From Bacillus subtilis subsp. subtilis str. 168 (GTDB taxonomy: Bacteria > Bacillota > Bacilli > Bacillales > Bacillaceae), in assembly GCF_000009045.1 (NCBI RefSeq), contig NC_000964.3, forward strand, positions 2,666,001 to 2,730,000: a DNA stretch of 64,000 nt, written 5' to 3'. Position numbers and translations under genes: made by a program. Position 1 is the first letter of the stretch. Each line of letters opens with the position of its first letter. A model generated the notes under the pieces. It saw only the letters and a list, made by a program, of their open reading frames with translations, ran no database searches and had not been told where the DNA came from. Positions 1 to 11,465 of this stretch are shown piece by piece.

Positions 1-796
1 CTTCTGATTTTCCTTTTGTGCTAGTGGCAAACGTTCCGTCATCCACTTTCTGCCCTCTAAGGGCTCTTTTTGTTCCCGATAAGGATTTACCCCAGAACTT
101 CAATTCACTTGTCTCAGCCGTCCCATAAACCTCAATGAGCAACGTTTTGAATGATCCAACGGTGAATGGGTTACCCTCACCTATGGTTTCTGTTTTATCG
201 TGAAAGACAATATCCATTGTTTTTGATTGAGTGTCTAATGAGCTAAGATTCAAGCCTTCAGTTTGAACTTTTAAACGACCATCATTAGTTAACCCGCTTT
301 TATCTAACTGGACTGAGAACGGAGCAACTGCTGTAATAGGAACAGTATGGTTAATGTTTATATCCTCTTCACCTGCGCCCAATGACTGGTAAAGTAAGAA
401 TTCAGATTGCTGCAGGTTACCATTTGCGTATCTGAAACGGAAATATCGTTTAGTTAAATGAATCCACTCAGTCTCGCCAAGCGTATTTGCTTTAACAACC
501 AATGAAGAGATTGTGGTCCATGAATTCATATCGTTACTTTCTTCAATGAATAAGGTACCTTCACGATCAGAATAAGCGTGACCTTTTACTTTTGAAATTA
601 AAACCTGACCTAATCGATCTTGTCCATATTGCGTGTAGACTTCAGTGGCTTTTAAAACTGCGTTCGTCAGCAGCTCTGAATTACCGGAGATTGAAGCTAC
701 CGGCACAACAAAATCTCTGTTTCCTTCTCTGTATGGCTTGGCTGCCCCCGGCTTACCAGTTGCATCTGTTGAAAATTGAAAACTATATGATGCCAT
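1..796 (-). CDS. yqxG: XepA-like phage lysis-region protein (3' end outside window)
   Basis: Not in the ORF track because it runs off the edge. ATG at 796 follows SD AAGGAGG. Hand translation MASYSFQFSTDATGKPGAAKPYREGNRDFVVPV...GQDRLGQVLISKVKGHAYSDREGTLFIEES...KRYFRFRYANGNLQQSEF resembles PBSX XepA. Confidence 0.88.
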   Translation of the reverse strand, partial: MASYSFQFSTDATGKPGAAKPYREGNRDFVVPVASISGNSELLTNAVLKATEVYTQYGQDRLGQVLISKVKGHAYSDREGTLFIEESNDMNSWTTISSLVVKANTLGETEWIHLTKRYFRFRYANGNLQQSEFLLYQSLGAGEEDININHTVPITAVAPFSVQLDKSGLTNDGRLKVQTEGLNLSSLDTQSKTMDIVFHDKTETIGEGNPFTVGSFKTLLIEVYGTAETSELKFWGKSLSGTKRALRGQKVDDGTFATSTKGKSE

Positions 797-869
797 TATA
801 AATCCTCCTTGCTATTGTAGATCATTAGTGGTGAGCATGGGTTTACAACGGAACCACCTCCTTTAAGGA

Positions 870-896
870 AAAATAAAAAAGCCCTAAATGGCTTCT
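870..896 (-). terminator. Intrinsic terminator at end of tail-fibre module
   Basis: Minus strand AAGCC-ATTTAG-GGCTT followed by TTTTATTTTT. Confidence 0.55.
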
Positions 897-1048
897 CCTG
901 TGATCTCTTTATACTGTTCAGCTGTAATGAGTTTTTTCTCTATTCCTTCCTGTAAATCTTCGGGCGAACAATCTTTGAGATGAATTGCCTGTTTCACCAT
1001 TTCAGAAGAAGCCCAGTTATAATGCAAAGCCAGCACCCAATAATTCAT
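884..1048 (-). CDS. yqcE: XkdX-family small phage protein (54 aa)
   Basis: Hand-read MNYWVLALHYNWASSEMVKQAIHLKDCSPEDLQEGIEKKLITAEQYKEITGEAI*; ATGA overlap with the yqcD stop; ITAEQYKEITGE is the XkdX-type C-terminus. Confidence 0.85.
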   Translation of the reverse strand: MNYWVLALHYNWASSEMVKQAIHLKDCSPEDLQEGIEKKLITAEQYKEITGEAI

Positions 1049-1380
1049 GAACCTTGCCCTCCTTGTAGAGTAAGCAGTTGCAACTTTATTTTTGAAAGCT
1101 CGCTTCCCAAAGTTTGGTTTAATTCTTCAAGCTGTTTACGAGCCAGTTTTTCCTGTGACAACTCTCTTGCAAGTAGATCCACTTGAACTGGTGGTTCATA
1201 TGCAGATGTACTCTGAAGCTCTTCCCACCAAGTTTTTAACTCTGCTTCCGTGGGTATAGGTGCCCTAATATTCCACTCTGCTATATATGAGGGAGTTCCA
1301 TCACCATTATTCTGGACAATAAAATCCTTTGTGGGATCAGCTGTTGGGTATTTAAAAAGAATAGCTTCACCTATATTCAT
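1045..1380 (-). CDS. yqcD: XkdW-like phage protein (probable tail-fibre chaperone)
   Basis: ORF track 111 aa; IAEWNIRAPIPTEAEL motif; position between fibre gene and xkdX homolog. Confidence 0.8.
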   Translation of the reverse strand: MNIGEAILFKYPTADPTKDFIVQNNGDGTPSYIAEWNIRAPIPTEAELKTWWEELQSTSAYEPPVQVDLLARELSQEKLARKQLEELNQTLGSELSKIKLQLLTLQGGQGS

Positions 1381-1389
1381 CGTTACCTC

Positions 1390-2490
1390 CTAAAATCTTG
1401 GATAGTTTCGGCCTCCAAGTTCTTGTATATCAAAAAAGTTAAATACACCATTTTTATCATCTACTGCCCTTTTCAGTGTTTCGTCTCCTCCGTAATTACA
1501 GTAGCACCAGATTTCAACGTAATCTCCTTTATTCATGGGTACAGTCGCATTGCCGTTTAAACCAAGATTCATCCCATTATCCTTTTCCTGAAAGTCTCCT
1601 CTTACATGGTGCAGTGTTTTATATGCTTTTCCATTTAGGTAAACCTTCAAATGAAAGTTTATATAAGATGTATAATTTAAGGTATATATACTTGCCCCGA
1701 TTAAGTACATTCCATCGTTCGGAGCAATAAATCGATTGTTTTTAGTATCAAAAGCATTATGGCTATCCTTGATGACCCTGTTAAATGCAATTTTAGTGTG
1801 ATCAATCTTTTTTAAATACTGAACACCTGTAGTTCCAATATTCGCATGAGCAAAACCTGATATCTTTTGCCACGGAGTCCAGCCTGAACCACTCCACCAG
1901 TGTCTAATCCAAACTCCTGTACTGTCATAGTAAGTCCCAGACTCATTCCCTGTTCCGTAAAAGTATTGAGTGAAACGGTAATTATTATATTTTTCATTTT
2001 TGACAATGCCATAACCCAAGGGGTAGCCTGTAGTATTTCCCTGCCCAATGTCCATTAAGGTCAGTCCTAAAGGATATTCTTCCCCTCCTGTTCTTGCATC
2101 TTGAATAGCATTGTCTCCAGTAATTAACGTCAGATTGTTATTTTTATAGTTGGTATCCACGTAATATTTTGCATCCGATAAAGCCTTATCCGCTTTTTCC
2201 TGAGCTCCGACAATTGTTTCTTTTGCATTCCAATTCTCCCGTTCCACTGGTGTAATGTGCCGTTGTAAATCATTACGATGCTCTTCAAATTCTTTTTTCG
2301 AAGCTTGCTGTACATTATCAACGTTCCCTAGCCCGATTTGCGCCTTTGTTGTATTGTGAGGGTTGTTCATGTCATTTTTATGTACAGCTAAATCTTTATG
2401 CGCATCTTGAATGCCTTTCTCCCAACGGTTCACATCATCTTCATTAATCGGATCGTCCGGGAGCCAATCTGTTTTTGCATCATAAGCCAT
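1390..2490 (-). CDS. yqcC: Tail fibre / receptor-binding protein with C-terminal C1q-like domain
   Basis: 366 aa; N-terminal KTDW...D.NRWE anchor; NPHNTTKAQIGLGNVDN tail repeat; C-terminal IAFNRVIKDSHNAFD...FIAPNDGMYLI C1q-like pattern. Confidence 0.8.
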   Translation of the reverse strand: MAYDAKTDWLPDDPINEDDVNRWEKGIQDAHKDLAVHKNDMNNPHNTTKAQIGLGNVDNVQQASKKEFEEHRNDLQRHITPVERENWNAKETIVGAQEKADKALSDAKYYVDTNYKNNNLTLITGDNAIQDARTGGEEYPLGLTLMDIGQGNTTGYPLGYGIVKNEKYNNYRFTQYFYGTGNESGTYYDSTGVWIRHWWSGSGWTPWQKISGFAHANIGTTGVQYLKKIDHTKIAFNRVIKDSHNAFDTKNNRFIAPNDGMYLIGASIYTLNYTSYINFHLKVYLNGKAYKTLHHVRGDFQEKDNGMNLGLNGNATVPMNKGDYVEIWCYCNYGGDETLKRAVDDKNGVFNFFDIQELGGRNYPRF

Positions 2491-2492
2491 TG

Positions 2493-2765
2493 TTAAACCA
2501 CCTCAAAAGTAATCCTAAAATCTAGCGTTCTATTATTACTAACGTCTAAATCTGTTGTTCTTTCCGTAATCACGTTGTTTTGATCATCAAGTATCTGAAC
2601 ACTCTTAATATGTTTGATGTCTTCCTCTCGTTGAGTAAGCACCGTGACAACGGCACCCTGAATGGTGAGTTCCACAATTTCTGTTTCATTTCCATTCAGC
2701 AGCACTTTCGATATTCTATTTTTCAAATCTGCAGCTGTACGCTCTCTATAAAGCTGTGTAATCAT
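2493..2765 (-). CDS. yqcB: Phage tail/baseplate-associated small protein
   Basis: 90 aa ORF coupled (ATGA) to the upstream gene in the baseplate operon. Confidence 0.75.
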
Positions 2766-3340
2766 ACAAGGACCACCTCGTTATTATTGAGCGTGACGGA
2801 ATAACCTACCTTTAGCTCACTTGCTTTTCGATACCTTCTGTTATTCAAAATGACAGTATCTTTTATTTGGAGTGGCTCATTCAAAGCAGCTCGCAAGGTA
2901 TATGCCAAATGAGCTGGCTTCATATTCTCCAATGTTTCTATGAGCTCGCTCATATGCTGCATATCATCTATATCAATATCAACCTTAAAACGGTACTCTC
3001 CGGGAAGCAGCCGAACCTGAGCTGACGGATTTTTCAGGAACCGGTTCAACGCGTGTTCAATGGCCCTATATGTTGCCGGCGGTATATTGGACATTTTAGA
3101 GATTAGGCGCAATCGGCGGATCTCATCGGTGTCACCTGATTCCCGCGGTACGTTCAAAATCTTTTCCCATCGTTCAAGCCCCCAGGTTGCCGTAGTAACA
3201 AACAGCTGATCTGTCAGATCAAAGATGCTGTTATTTTGCTTCTCAAATTCCGGAGCTTCCGCTTTAAGAAGTTCAGCCATTTCCTTTAACTTGGTAAGGA
3301 ACGGCGGCAGGTAAGCAGTCATTTCATCGAGTTTGCTCAA
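2762..3340 (-). CDS. yqcA: Baseplate wedge protein (XkdU / DUF2313-like)
   Basis: 192 aa; [15 protein letters not shown] motif; follows baseplate J. Confidence 0.85.
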
Positions 3341-4370
3341 TGATGTTCACCTGCCCCAATTTAGGGATTTCGACGGCACTCAGAACCAAATTTTCGGCCA
3401 CGCCGTTGATTTTAATATCTGCGTAATCACTTACTGAAGGTGAATTGTAGACGATATTATTAATCTGCGATAAACGGATGACGTTATCTTCAAAGGCAAT
3501 CTTTTTAAAAAGATTTAAAACACCTGATTCAATTTCTTGCTTTACCTGATCGATAGAGCTATTGACCTCGGGAAGTACCTCGGCTGAAATCTCAACCTCT
3601 TTCCATACCGCACTCTCCACTGTGACAAAGGCACCTATTGGCGCTTGTCCCTCACCTTGTCCGGGTTCAGGATCAATATAGTTTTTCACCTTTGATATTA
3701 AAATATCGGAAGCAGGTTCCAAGTTAGCATTGGTCACGACAATTTTGACTGTACCGTCCCCGTTCCAAAGCGGAAAGACCTTTACCTTCCCCACTCCGTC
3801 TACTTCTTCAGCCCATTGTTTATAGTGTGCTTTATTGGCACTGACAGCTTCTCGACGCACGCGGGTAAAATATCTAGCTCTTAAACTGTCATCATCCTCT
3901 TCTTCACGTCCAGGAATCAGAATCTCTTTCACAATCGCTTTTTGAAGCCCAGGTATAGTGTCTAATGACAATAGATTCTGACCGGATATGTTTGCGTTCC
4001 CTGCTTCCCCCGCTGTTTCACACTCCAACGTCCCGTCAGCTGTGTATTGAAAATAAAGATTATCAACATAAAAGCGAGACCCTACAGGAATGGTCACGCC
4101 TTCAGTAAACTCCCCTGCCCTGACTGCTTTTGTGGCAGCAGTCCGCTCAATGCCTGCTTCAGTAGCTCGTCGATCTAAAAATTCCCCTTGGGCCGTGTCT
4201 GAGAAGACAAGTTCCAGAACAGTATCGAGCCAAATATAAGACTTGGCCAATTCTGCGGCTACAGGAGCTAACGCGTTATAAATCACGCTGCCTTCCCTTT
4301 TATCAATGTCCGCTGAAATGCTGTTCAACATTCGATCCATAATCGATTCATAGGTTTGATCTTCAAACAT
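3324..4370 (-). CDS. yqbT: Baseplate J-like protein (XkdT-like)
   Basis: Start moved to ATG 4370 (MFEDQTYE); [14 protein letters not shown] and [13 protein letters not shown] motifs. Confidence 0.9.
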
Positions 4371-4788
4371 CCTCGCCAAGCACCTCCTCGATCTCCAATG
4401 TTCCTTCGTCAGTCTCGACTGTAAAGGAGACACGGAACGATTCGCCTTGTTTTTCTATTTCAAAATCTGTAACAGCAGAAATCCGATCGTCATAGATCAG
4501 TGCTTCCTCTATCAGCCGAGGGATCTCCATTTTCTTATATGCGTCTGTTGTTTCGTTATCTGCCAGCACGTCTTGAAGTTCATTTCCAATGTCATGACTG
4601 TAAACAGAATATGCGTATCGCTCAGTATGGAGAGACAAATATACAAACTGCTTGATCGCTTCAAGGCCTGTGATGATTTCATTTGTGATACGGCCATTTT
4701 CAAAATCTATTTTGTAGGTTTGCGAGGTCTCTATGACTTCGCTGTCATCTTCTATATCCTCAAACTCGATTTCCGGAGACAAAGCCAT
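4363..4788 (-). CDS. yqbS: Baseplate gp25-like sheath-initiator protein (XkdS / DUF2634)
   Basis: Start ATG 4788 after GGAGGTG; [18 protein letters not shown] and [10 protein letters not shown] motifs. Confidence 0.85.
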
Positions 4789-4800
4789 TCCAAACACCTC

Positions 4801-5064
4801 CTATATTTTGTCGAGAATAAAAAATGATTGCCCGCCTTTTAAGGAGACAATCATCACACGCTCACCTGTATTTAATGCTTCTTCACCGGCCCGCAGCCGC
4901 TTTGGAACAATAATCAAATCAGCAGGTATTATTAATTTGTCATTTTCATTAAGCCTTATTTCAACAGGGGAAACGGAAACCACTTCAGCCGGTAGAATAT
5001 CCACTGGCGACTCAGAATCAACTGCACGGACAGCCAAATGTTTGATTGCTTCACTTAATCTCAT
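4801..5064 (-). CDS. yqbR: Baseplate spike-like protein (XkdR / DUF2577)
   Basis: 87 aa; L..GERVMIVSLKGGQSFFILDKI C-terminus. Confidence 0.8.
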   Translation of the reverse strand: MRLSEAIKHLAVRAVDSESPVDILPAEVVSVSPVEIRLNENDKLIIPADLIIVPKRLRAGEEALNTGERVMIVSLKGGQSFFILDKI

Positions 5065-6041
5065 GAGGAAACACCATCAGGGATAGAATTTTTCTCAACC
5101 ACATCAATGGTCATCGTGTGTGTCGATCCTTTAAATTCGTGTTTGTCTGTATCGATCCAGTATGTTTTCTTAACCCCGACTTCCGGAATTGAGATATAGA
5201 TGGGCAACCCGCTCTGAAGATCCGGAATGCCAATCGCTTGAATACTCTTGAGTTCTTTTTTAACACCTTTTTTCTGTGCCTGTTTGACTTTCGCACGCTC
5301 CTGAAGCTGCGCCTGGTTAATGTTATCAGAAACCGTTTCGACATACTGAAGCACACCATATTTACTGATCCCTGAGCTGTCACTTGCAGTGGCTGTGTAT
5401 GTTTTATTGTCTTTCTGCCGGCGGAGCTTTACTTTTGTGGCCGTGTCATTAATTGAAGTGCTGTATTGATAGCCGGTGATGTTCACACCCGTCTCCAACA
5501 CCCATACTTCTGACAGATCTGGCCAAGCGCGAAGGCCAAGCTTCCCCTTCGCAGAATATAATTGATAATTCCTTCCGGTTTGGCTTTTCGTTTGTTTCAA
5601 GGCTTTTAGAATCATGTCATAAAGGCTCGTATCATCTTTAAACACTAATGATTTAATGGTGTAACCTGTATTTGCAATGGATGTAGTCGGAATCTGAAAA
5701 TCTCGCGCCAACCGTTTTATAATCTCGTCTGCACGTTGATTTGAGAAAACATAAACATCTTTGTTCTTGACCAAATATTGCAGCATATCATAAGCCGTAA
5801 AAGTCATCCAGTGTTCTTCCGGATTGCGAGAAAACACAATGCCCCGGAACAGTTCTTTGCCCTTCCACTTAAATAAAACTGTATCCCCTTCAGATACGCT
5901 GTAATATGAATGGGTTCCCTGTTTCGTAATGATCTTGGCCGTAATCGATCGCGGCGCCTGATACCGTTGCCCTTCGAGGGAAACACTTTCAGTTACCAGC
6001 TCAAGCCATTCCGTTTCTTTAATGACGAAAAGTTCTATCAT
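5061..6041 (-). CDS. yqbQ: Baseplate hub protein (XkdQ-like)
   Basis: 326 aa ORF; position and TAYDMLQYL motif. Confidence 0.85.
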   Translation of the reverse strand: MIELFVIKETEWLELVTESVSLEGQRYQAPRSITAKIITKQGTHSYYSVSEGDTVLFKWKGKELFRGIVFSRNPEEHWMTFTAYDMLQYLVKNKDVYVFSNQRADEIIKRLARDFQIPTTSIANTGYTIKSLVFKDDTSLYDMILKALKQTKSQTGRNYQLYSAKGKLGLRAWPDLSEVWVLETGVNITGYQYSTSINDTATKVKLRRQKDNKTYTATASDSSGISKYGVLQYVETVSDNINQAQLQERAKVKQAQKKGVKKELKSIQAIGIPDLQSGLPIYISIPEVGVKKTYWIDTDKHEFKGSTHTMTIDVVEKNSIPDGVSS

Positions 6042-6053
6042 GTCATCACCTGC

Positions 6054-6713
6054 TTACTGCGGTATTTTTAATTTTTGCCCAGGAAAGATCCAGTGTCCTG
6101 GCTGTCTTATATTCCGTTTGCTTCGTTTGATCATAGCCTTTTTATTGACTTTCCATATCTTGCGCCATTTTGTACTGTCTCCATAAAATTTGCCGGCAAG
6201 GTCCCACAGTGTATCGCCTTTCTTAACGGTGTATGTTTTAGGAGCTGATTTAGATGGCCGTTTCTTCTTCGTCTTTTTCTTCTGCTTGATCTTCCGCGGC
6301 GAAGCAGTTTTGTATTCCTTCAGCTTTATTTCATAATCACGATCACCTATATCTTTTTGGCCCTCTGTATAAGAAAAAACCTCGATACTGCAAGTTAAAT
6401 TAATTTTCGTTCCAGTAATTAAGAATTGAACCGGCTTTTTAGATTTCACCCATTTCTCGATCTTTGCAATAGCATTTTCAGGAGAAGGAAATCCCTTATA
6501 CTCAGCAAGCGGGCTGTGTTTCTTTGGAAAAAAAGAAGAGAACGAAATTTCTTTCGCTCCCGGTTTATCAATAAAAGTGATCTCCCCAAAACTAGCCACT
6601 TTTACTGATTCATTTTGAATTGTGTTGGATATATCAATTTGTTCAGGAAGGACCGGAAGCCGCAGCTTGTCCTTCCCTTGTGAAATCCAGAATTCATATA
6701 TGGATTTAGTCAA
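6054..6713 (-). CDS. yqbP: LysM-domain tail tube initiator (XkdP-like)
   Basis: Start TTG 6713 (219 aa); C-terminal Lys[14 protein letters not shown]...[10 protein letters not shown]. Confidence 0.88.
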   Translation of the reverse strand: MTKSIYEFWISQGKDKLRLPVLPEQIDISNTIQNESVKVASFGEITFIDKPGAKEISFSSFFPKKHSPLAEYKGFPSPENAIAKIEKWVKSKKPVQFLITGTKINLTCSIEVFSYTEGQKDIGDRDYEIKLKEYKTASPRKIKQKKKTKKKRPSKSAPKTYTVKKGDTLWDLAGKFYGDSTKWRKIWKVNKKAMIKRSKRNIRQPGHWIFPGQKLKIPQ

Positions 6714-9700
6714 AAGCAACGACTCCCTTCGTTCCAATGTTGATATCCTGTTCAAGCTCATCGACAAGGGCCTGCTTAATCTTAGCTACAAGACTGTTCA
6801 TGTCTTGGTCATTGTGAAAATGCTGATCGCCATTAAACTGAATAATGACCTCTTTGCCACCTGCAGCTTTAAACGTTGTTTGATTACGACCCGTTGTGGC
6901 AGCTGTTACCTGACCTGAAGATAATTCAGTTTGACCTTTTTCAGATGGGTCTGTGACTTCCATTCCGAGTGCCTTAGCTGCTTGGGCTAATAAATAACGT
7001 CCACGGATGCCTCGCTCCTCCGGAATGATCCATTCCCTTTTGTTTCCTTCACCGACACGGGCAATCTGCTCTTTGGTAATAAGTCCGCCGTTAGCGTAGC
7101 CAACATATGGACCTCCATGTCTCATGCTTCTAATGCCTGGTACATTATTAATTGATCCATATCTGCTTTTGATATAGCCAATCGCAGCAGCAGCGTTGTG
7201 AATCGGGTTAAGAATGTTATTCATGCCCGGCAATTTGTGTGCGTTGAAGGTACTTGGGATTGTCTGCATGAGCCCCTGAGATGGATGTCCTGCTTTCGCA
7301 TTACTATCCCATAAGTTGATTGCCTTCGGATTACCGCCTGACTCATGCTGAGCAATTGTCATCAGCCCTGGAAGCCAGCTCATCGGTGTCTTTGTAGCCA
7401 TGATAGCAGCCATGAGCCATTGCTTCACATTTCCGCTTACTGCGCCCATTCCAGAATAAGCGGCAGCTAGTGAGCCTGCTTGTTTTTCAGCAAACTTTTT
7501 TACATCAACAGAATCCAGACCTTTTACAATACCTATAGAGGCAAAACGCCCAAGACTCATCATGACACGGGAAGGTGAATGAATATCCAGCTCTTCACGA
7601 AATGCCTTCTCAACTTTTTTCGCCAGTTCCTTGGCAGCCTCATTGACTTCACTTGCCTTAGAAGTCATGCCTGAAACAAAATTACCGATCATACCGCTTC
7701 CCCATCCGTTTGATGATTCTTTAGAGCGGATAAACGGCTTGTTAATATGAGTGCTGACGTATTGATCAGTACCAGTTTGTGAGCTATTTTGTCCGGAAGC
7801 AAAACCTTTGATCGTTCCGCTTCCCCATGATGAAGATTTATTAACAGTGTTCTGAAATGGCATTTTAACCTTCGTCTGCAAGAAGCCATCTGTACCGGTC
7901 GAAGTGCTGTTTTGACCTTTAGCATAACCATTGACCACTTGCTTTCCGTAATTCGGAGAATAAGAGATTAAATTGTTCATTGGTTGTCCAACGTTTTTCT
8001 GTTTCCATGCTTCCATAGAAACAACATTATCTCTAATTCCTTGATCAAAGCTCTTCGTGAACTGTTGACCAAATGATGTTGCTTGTTCATCAAGACTGGA
8101 TGTGTCAATAATAGGAGATACAGAAGCAGTCACCGCCGCACTACGGACTAGCGGGGAAGTTGCCGGTTCACCTCCTGCAGATGAAGCAGACGCTATATCA
8201 TCAACCACACTCATCCCTAATTTCGAAGCAGCTTGAGAAAGGAGCATTTTGCCGCGACCTTTATTATTCTCAACAGGGATAACGAATTCTTTACCAGCTT
8301 CACCAATCCAAGATATTGTTGGCTTCGTAATGTAACCACCAGTAGCATGTTTCTTTGGCTTTTCTTTTCCCGAACCAAATAAATAATTTACGCCACTCTT
8401 CACATATCCCCACGCTTTACCAGCAGTTTTTTTCGCACTTGAAGCTACTTTACCACCAACTTCTTTTACCCCGCCTAAAATACTGCTTCCCAATTCCTTT
8501 ACACTCTGCCACTTTTCAGACCACCACTTCTTACTAAAAAGGGTTTCTGAGATGGAACTCTTAACACTTTTCCATATTGATTTAGCATTGTCCCATTTAT
8601 TTTTGGACCAGCTTTTTACACTTTCCCATTTTCCTGACCACCACTTCTCGCTAAATAGAGTGGATTTCAGCTTTCCTTTAACTGATTGCCAAACAGAAGA
8701 CGCGCTGTCCCACTTACTTTGAGCCCAACTTTTTACGCCTTCCCATTTACCTGACCACCACTTCTCACTAAACAAAGTGGATTTTATTTTTCCCTTTACG
8801 GACTCCCAAACAGATGATGCACTATTCCATTTGTTTTGTGCCCAGCTTTTAACGCCAGACCACTTTTCAGACCACCATTCACTATTAAATAAAGTGGACT
8901 TCACCTTTTCTTTTACATTAGACCATGTATCACTTAACCCATTGATGGAAGTCTTCGCATTACTCTTAATGCCTGACCATTTTTCAGACCACCATTTTTG
9001 ATCAAATAATGTACTGTTTAGTTTCTTCTTTACTTCTGAACCATCAAACGCTTTACCTAAACTTGAGCCGCCCATGGTGCCTGCTATACCACCAACTAAT
9101 CCACCAATAGCTGTTCCCACTCCTGGAATAACACTGCCAATAGCTGCTCCTGTAGCCGCTCCAGCAAGGCCACCGCCAGCTGATCCAATTTTTTCACCAA
9201 CATTATCTTTATTCATCCCAATTAAATCGGTTGCCGCTAACGCTGTTCCTAATAGAGGGACTCCCTTTGCAAACTTGCCAACACTTTTCAGAGGACTTAA
9301 GACTTTCCCGAACTTCGATGTACCGCCTGCAGCTCTACCAGCTGAGTATAGCTCCGATCTCGTAGTGATTATTGCTGATCTTGAATCTCTAGTTGGATTA
9401 GTACCTACAGTTCTACCGGAACGCCTTCTCTCCAACCGTTCAGATGACACAGCAATTGAACTATCAGAAGGGTTCATTCGGTTTGGATTACCGCGTCGAC
9501 CTAAAACTCTTTTCCCTCGTCTTCTACGAATGCGATCATTTTTACCTCCATCGCTACAACAGCAATATGTCAAGCTGCCGCTTCGAGGTAAACTCGTTGG
9601 ACCTGTGGCAGTTTTGGATTCTCTGCCCCTTGTGCTAGCATTACGATTACTGTTTCTATTCCTCCTTTCACTTTGCGTATTAGTACCAGCTTTAGGAGTA

Positions 9701-11463
9701 CGTTTTGGAATTAATTTTCGGATTACGCCTGCTGCATCACTTCCGACAGTACCTATGCCTTTTAACAGCGGACGAAGTATTTTCAAATAACCAATCAATC
9801 CAATTAAAGAGGGGATCACAACTTTAATCGCTGTTTTCAAATCATCCCAATGGTTGACGCTCCACTCAATGGCTACGTTTAACTTATCACCTATCTCCTC
9901 ACCTAGATCAGCAATATCTTTTTTGATCTCTTTAAGTTTTTCCTGACCTTCTTTACTGTTAATGAACGAGCTGATTTTATCAAAGGCCGGTCCTAATCCA
10001 GTTAGCAGAGAGGTTCCCATATCCTTAGATATGCTTTCAAAATCTCTCATGGCATCATTAACCGGTGTCATCGGGTTATTATCCCGAAGTTTCGTAAAGC
10101 TTCGTTCCAATTCACCGCTTGTTTTGGCACTTGTACCAATACCCTCAGCCATATCTAAAATAGGCTGCTTAAGGTCTTCATATTGTGTCCCGATAAGCTC
10201 AGTCGCAATAGCAGCCCGCTTTGTTTTGTCTTTCACTTTAGAAAGGGCTTTTGCCACCCTAAATAAACTTTCCTCTCCGCTTATTGAACCATCTTTGAAG
10301 CCCTTGAACATTTTCTTAGTTTCCTTGGCTCCGAACAGTGTTTTAAATGCGTCCACTTGACTATCAGACATTTCGGTTCGGCGGATGTTAAACTCACGCA
10401 TACTATCGGCTAGGTTATCGAAGTTTCTGGCTCCACCCTTTGTTCCTTTTATCATCGCGTTTGCAATTTGGCCGCCTGTGAGCTTCAAGTCTTTAAAGGT
10501 GGAACTGTATTCATTCATCGTGTCTAATAAATCATCAGCCTGGTCACCGGCATTCCGGTATACATAAGCAATTAAGTCTCCGCTTTGTTTCCCAGACAAT
10601 TTCAAGTTGTTATACATTGAACTGAAAGCACGATCTACCTCTGCCTGATCAGCATTCATAAGCTGGGCAATCTTACTTGATGACTCAGTCAATTCAGCCA
10701 GAGCTTTTTTAGACGCCCCTGTCTGTTGCGATAAGTTTCTTAGAGATAAACTGACTTCTTCCCGAGAACTGCCCGCTTTATTGTTGAAATAGATCTGATC
10801 CGTCATTTTTGCAACATCTTTCTTATTAACGTTTGAAGTTGCTGACACATAAGCATCCTGAGACATTGTGCTTTTACCAGAACCCATAATTGAACCTGCA
10901 GAAAAACCACCTGCAACTGCCAGAGTAATGGTAGCACCCTTCAAGCTGTCTATTTTCGCTTCAATAGCATCCAGAGCCGCTGAAGCTCTATCCTTAATAG
11001 AAACAGTTGGCTCTGCATGTTCGCTATCTACATCAGTCACATGACGACGGATCTCATCTAATTGGTTAGAAGCATGATCACGTACTGAAACAGTTGGCTC
11101 AGCGTGCGAGCTATTCAAATCAGTGAGACCTCCACGGATCAAACGAAAACGTGGTGTAGCTTGATCATTTACGGAAACCGTCACCTCATGACTGCCTTCG
11201 GTAAGATCCTCTGCTTGCTGGCGTATAGAATGTAAGCCATTCGAAACTCGATCATCTAAACCCATTTCAAGCAATCGAGCCCGAGCCGTCAAACGGTTGG
11301 CTGATCGATCAATTTGCCGCATAACTCTTTCAGTCCGGTCTTCAGCCTCAAAAATAAGAGGGCCATTAGCAGCCCTCTTAAGTCTTTCAGCATTGCCTTG
11401 TATCATTCGAAGCTTGCGGGAAATCTTATCATGTAATTCAAACGTGGCTGTTAGTTTAGCCAT
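6706..11463 (-). CDS. yqbO: Tail tape-measure protein with lytic transglycosylase (SLT) domain (XkdO-like)
   Basis: 1585 aa; helical and Trp-rich repeats; [17 protein letters not shown]...[15 protein letters not shown] motif. Confidence 0.92.
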   Translation of the reverse strand: MAKLTATFELHDKISRKLRMIQGNAERLKRAANGPLIFEAEDRTERVMRQIDRSANRLTARARLLEMGLDDRVSNGLHSIRQQAEDLTEGSHEVTVSVNDQATPRFRLIRGGLTDLNSSHAEPTVSVRDHASNQLDEIRRHVTDVDSEHAEPTVSIKDRASAALDAIEAKIDSLKGATITLAVAGGFSAGSIMGSGKSTMSQDAYVSATSNVNKKDVAKMTDQIYFNNKAGSSREEVSLSLRNLSQQTGASKKALAELTESSSKIAQLMNADQAEVDRAFSSMYNNLKLSGKQSGDLIAYVYRNAGDQADDLLDTMNEYSSTFKDLKLTGGQIANAMIKGTKGGARNFDNLADSMREFNIRRTEMSDSQVDAFKTLFGAKETKKMFKGFKDGSISGEESLFRVAKALSKVKDKTKRAAIATELIGTQYEDLKQPILDMAEGIGTSAKTSGELERSFTKLRDNNPMTPVNDAMRDFESISKDMGTSLLTGLGPAFDKISSFINSKEGQEKLKEIKKDIADLGEEIGDKLNVAIEWSVNHWDDLKTAIKVVIPSLIGLIGYLKILRPLLKGIGTVGSDAAGVIRKLIPKRTPKAGTNTQSERRNRNSNRNASTRGRESKTATGPTSLPRSGSLTYCCCSDGGKNDRIRRRRGKRVLGRRGNPNRMNPSDSSIAVSSERLERRRSGRTVGTNPTRDSRSAIITTRSELYSAGRAAGGTSKFGKVLSPLKSVGKFAKGVPLLGTALAATDLIGMNKDNVGEKIGSAGGGLAGAATGAAIGSVIPGVGTAIGGLVGGIAGTMGGSSLGKAFDGSEVKKKLNSTLFDQKWWSEKWSGIKSNAKTSINGLSDTWSNVKEKVKSTLFNSEWWSEKWSGVKSWAQNKWNSASSVWESVKGKIKSTLFSEKWWSGKWEGVKSWAQSKWDSASSVWQSVKGKLKSTLFSEKWWSGKWESVKSWSKNKWDNAKSIWKSVKSSISETLFSKKWWSEKWQSVKELGSSILGGVKEVGGKVASSAKKTAGKAWGYVKSGVNYLFGSGKEKPKKHATGGYITKPTISWIGEAGKEFVIPVENNKGRGKMLLSQAASKLGMSVVDDIASASSAGGEPATSPLVRSAAVTASVSPIIDTSSLDEQATSFGQQFTKSFDQGIRDNVVSMEAWKQKNVGQPMNNLISYSPNYGKQVVNGYAKGQNSTSTGTDGFLQTKVKMPFQNTVNKSSSWGSGTIKGFASGQNSSQTGTDQYVSTHINKPFIRSKESSNGWGSGMIGNFVSGMTSKASEVNEAAKELAKKVEKAFREELDIHSPSRVMMSLGRFASIGIVKGLDSVDVKKFAEKQAGSLAAAYSGMGAVSGNVKQWLMAAIMATKTPMSWLPGLMTIAQHESGGNPKAINLWDSNAKAGHPSQGLMQTIPSTFNAHKLPGMNNILNPIHNAAAAIGYIKSRYGSINNVPGIRSMRHGGPYVGYANGGLITKEQIARVGEGNKREWIIPEERGIRGRYLLAQAAKALGMEVTDPSEKGQTELSSGQVTAATTGRNQTTFKAAGGKEVIIQFNGDQHFHNDQDMNSLVAKIKQALVDELEQDINIGTKGVVAFD
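8490..9030 (-). repeat. 117-bp (39-aa) Trp-rich tandem repeats in tape measure, about 4.5 copies
   Basis: (S/E)TLF..KWWS.KW recurs five times at 117-bp spacing (about 8537, 8654, 8771, 8888, 9005). Confidence 0.9.
10930..11440 (-). repeat. 87-bp (29-aa) degenerate repeats at tape-measure N-terminus
   Basis: GAAACAGTTGGCTC at 11000 and 11087, related GAAACCGTCACCTC at 11174; D(R/Q/H) recurs every 29 residues over about 6 units. Confidence 0.75.
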
Positions 11464-11465
11464 AG

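Noticed and set aside
9074-9790. 238-aa plus-strand ORF and many other 60-130 aa ORFs opposite or inside known genes
   Set aside because: Antisense shadows of real genes (here the Gly/Ala-rich part of yqbO); no SD or family motif.
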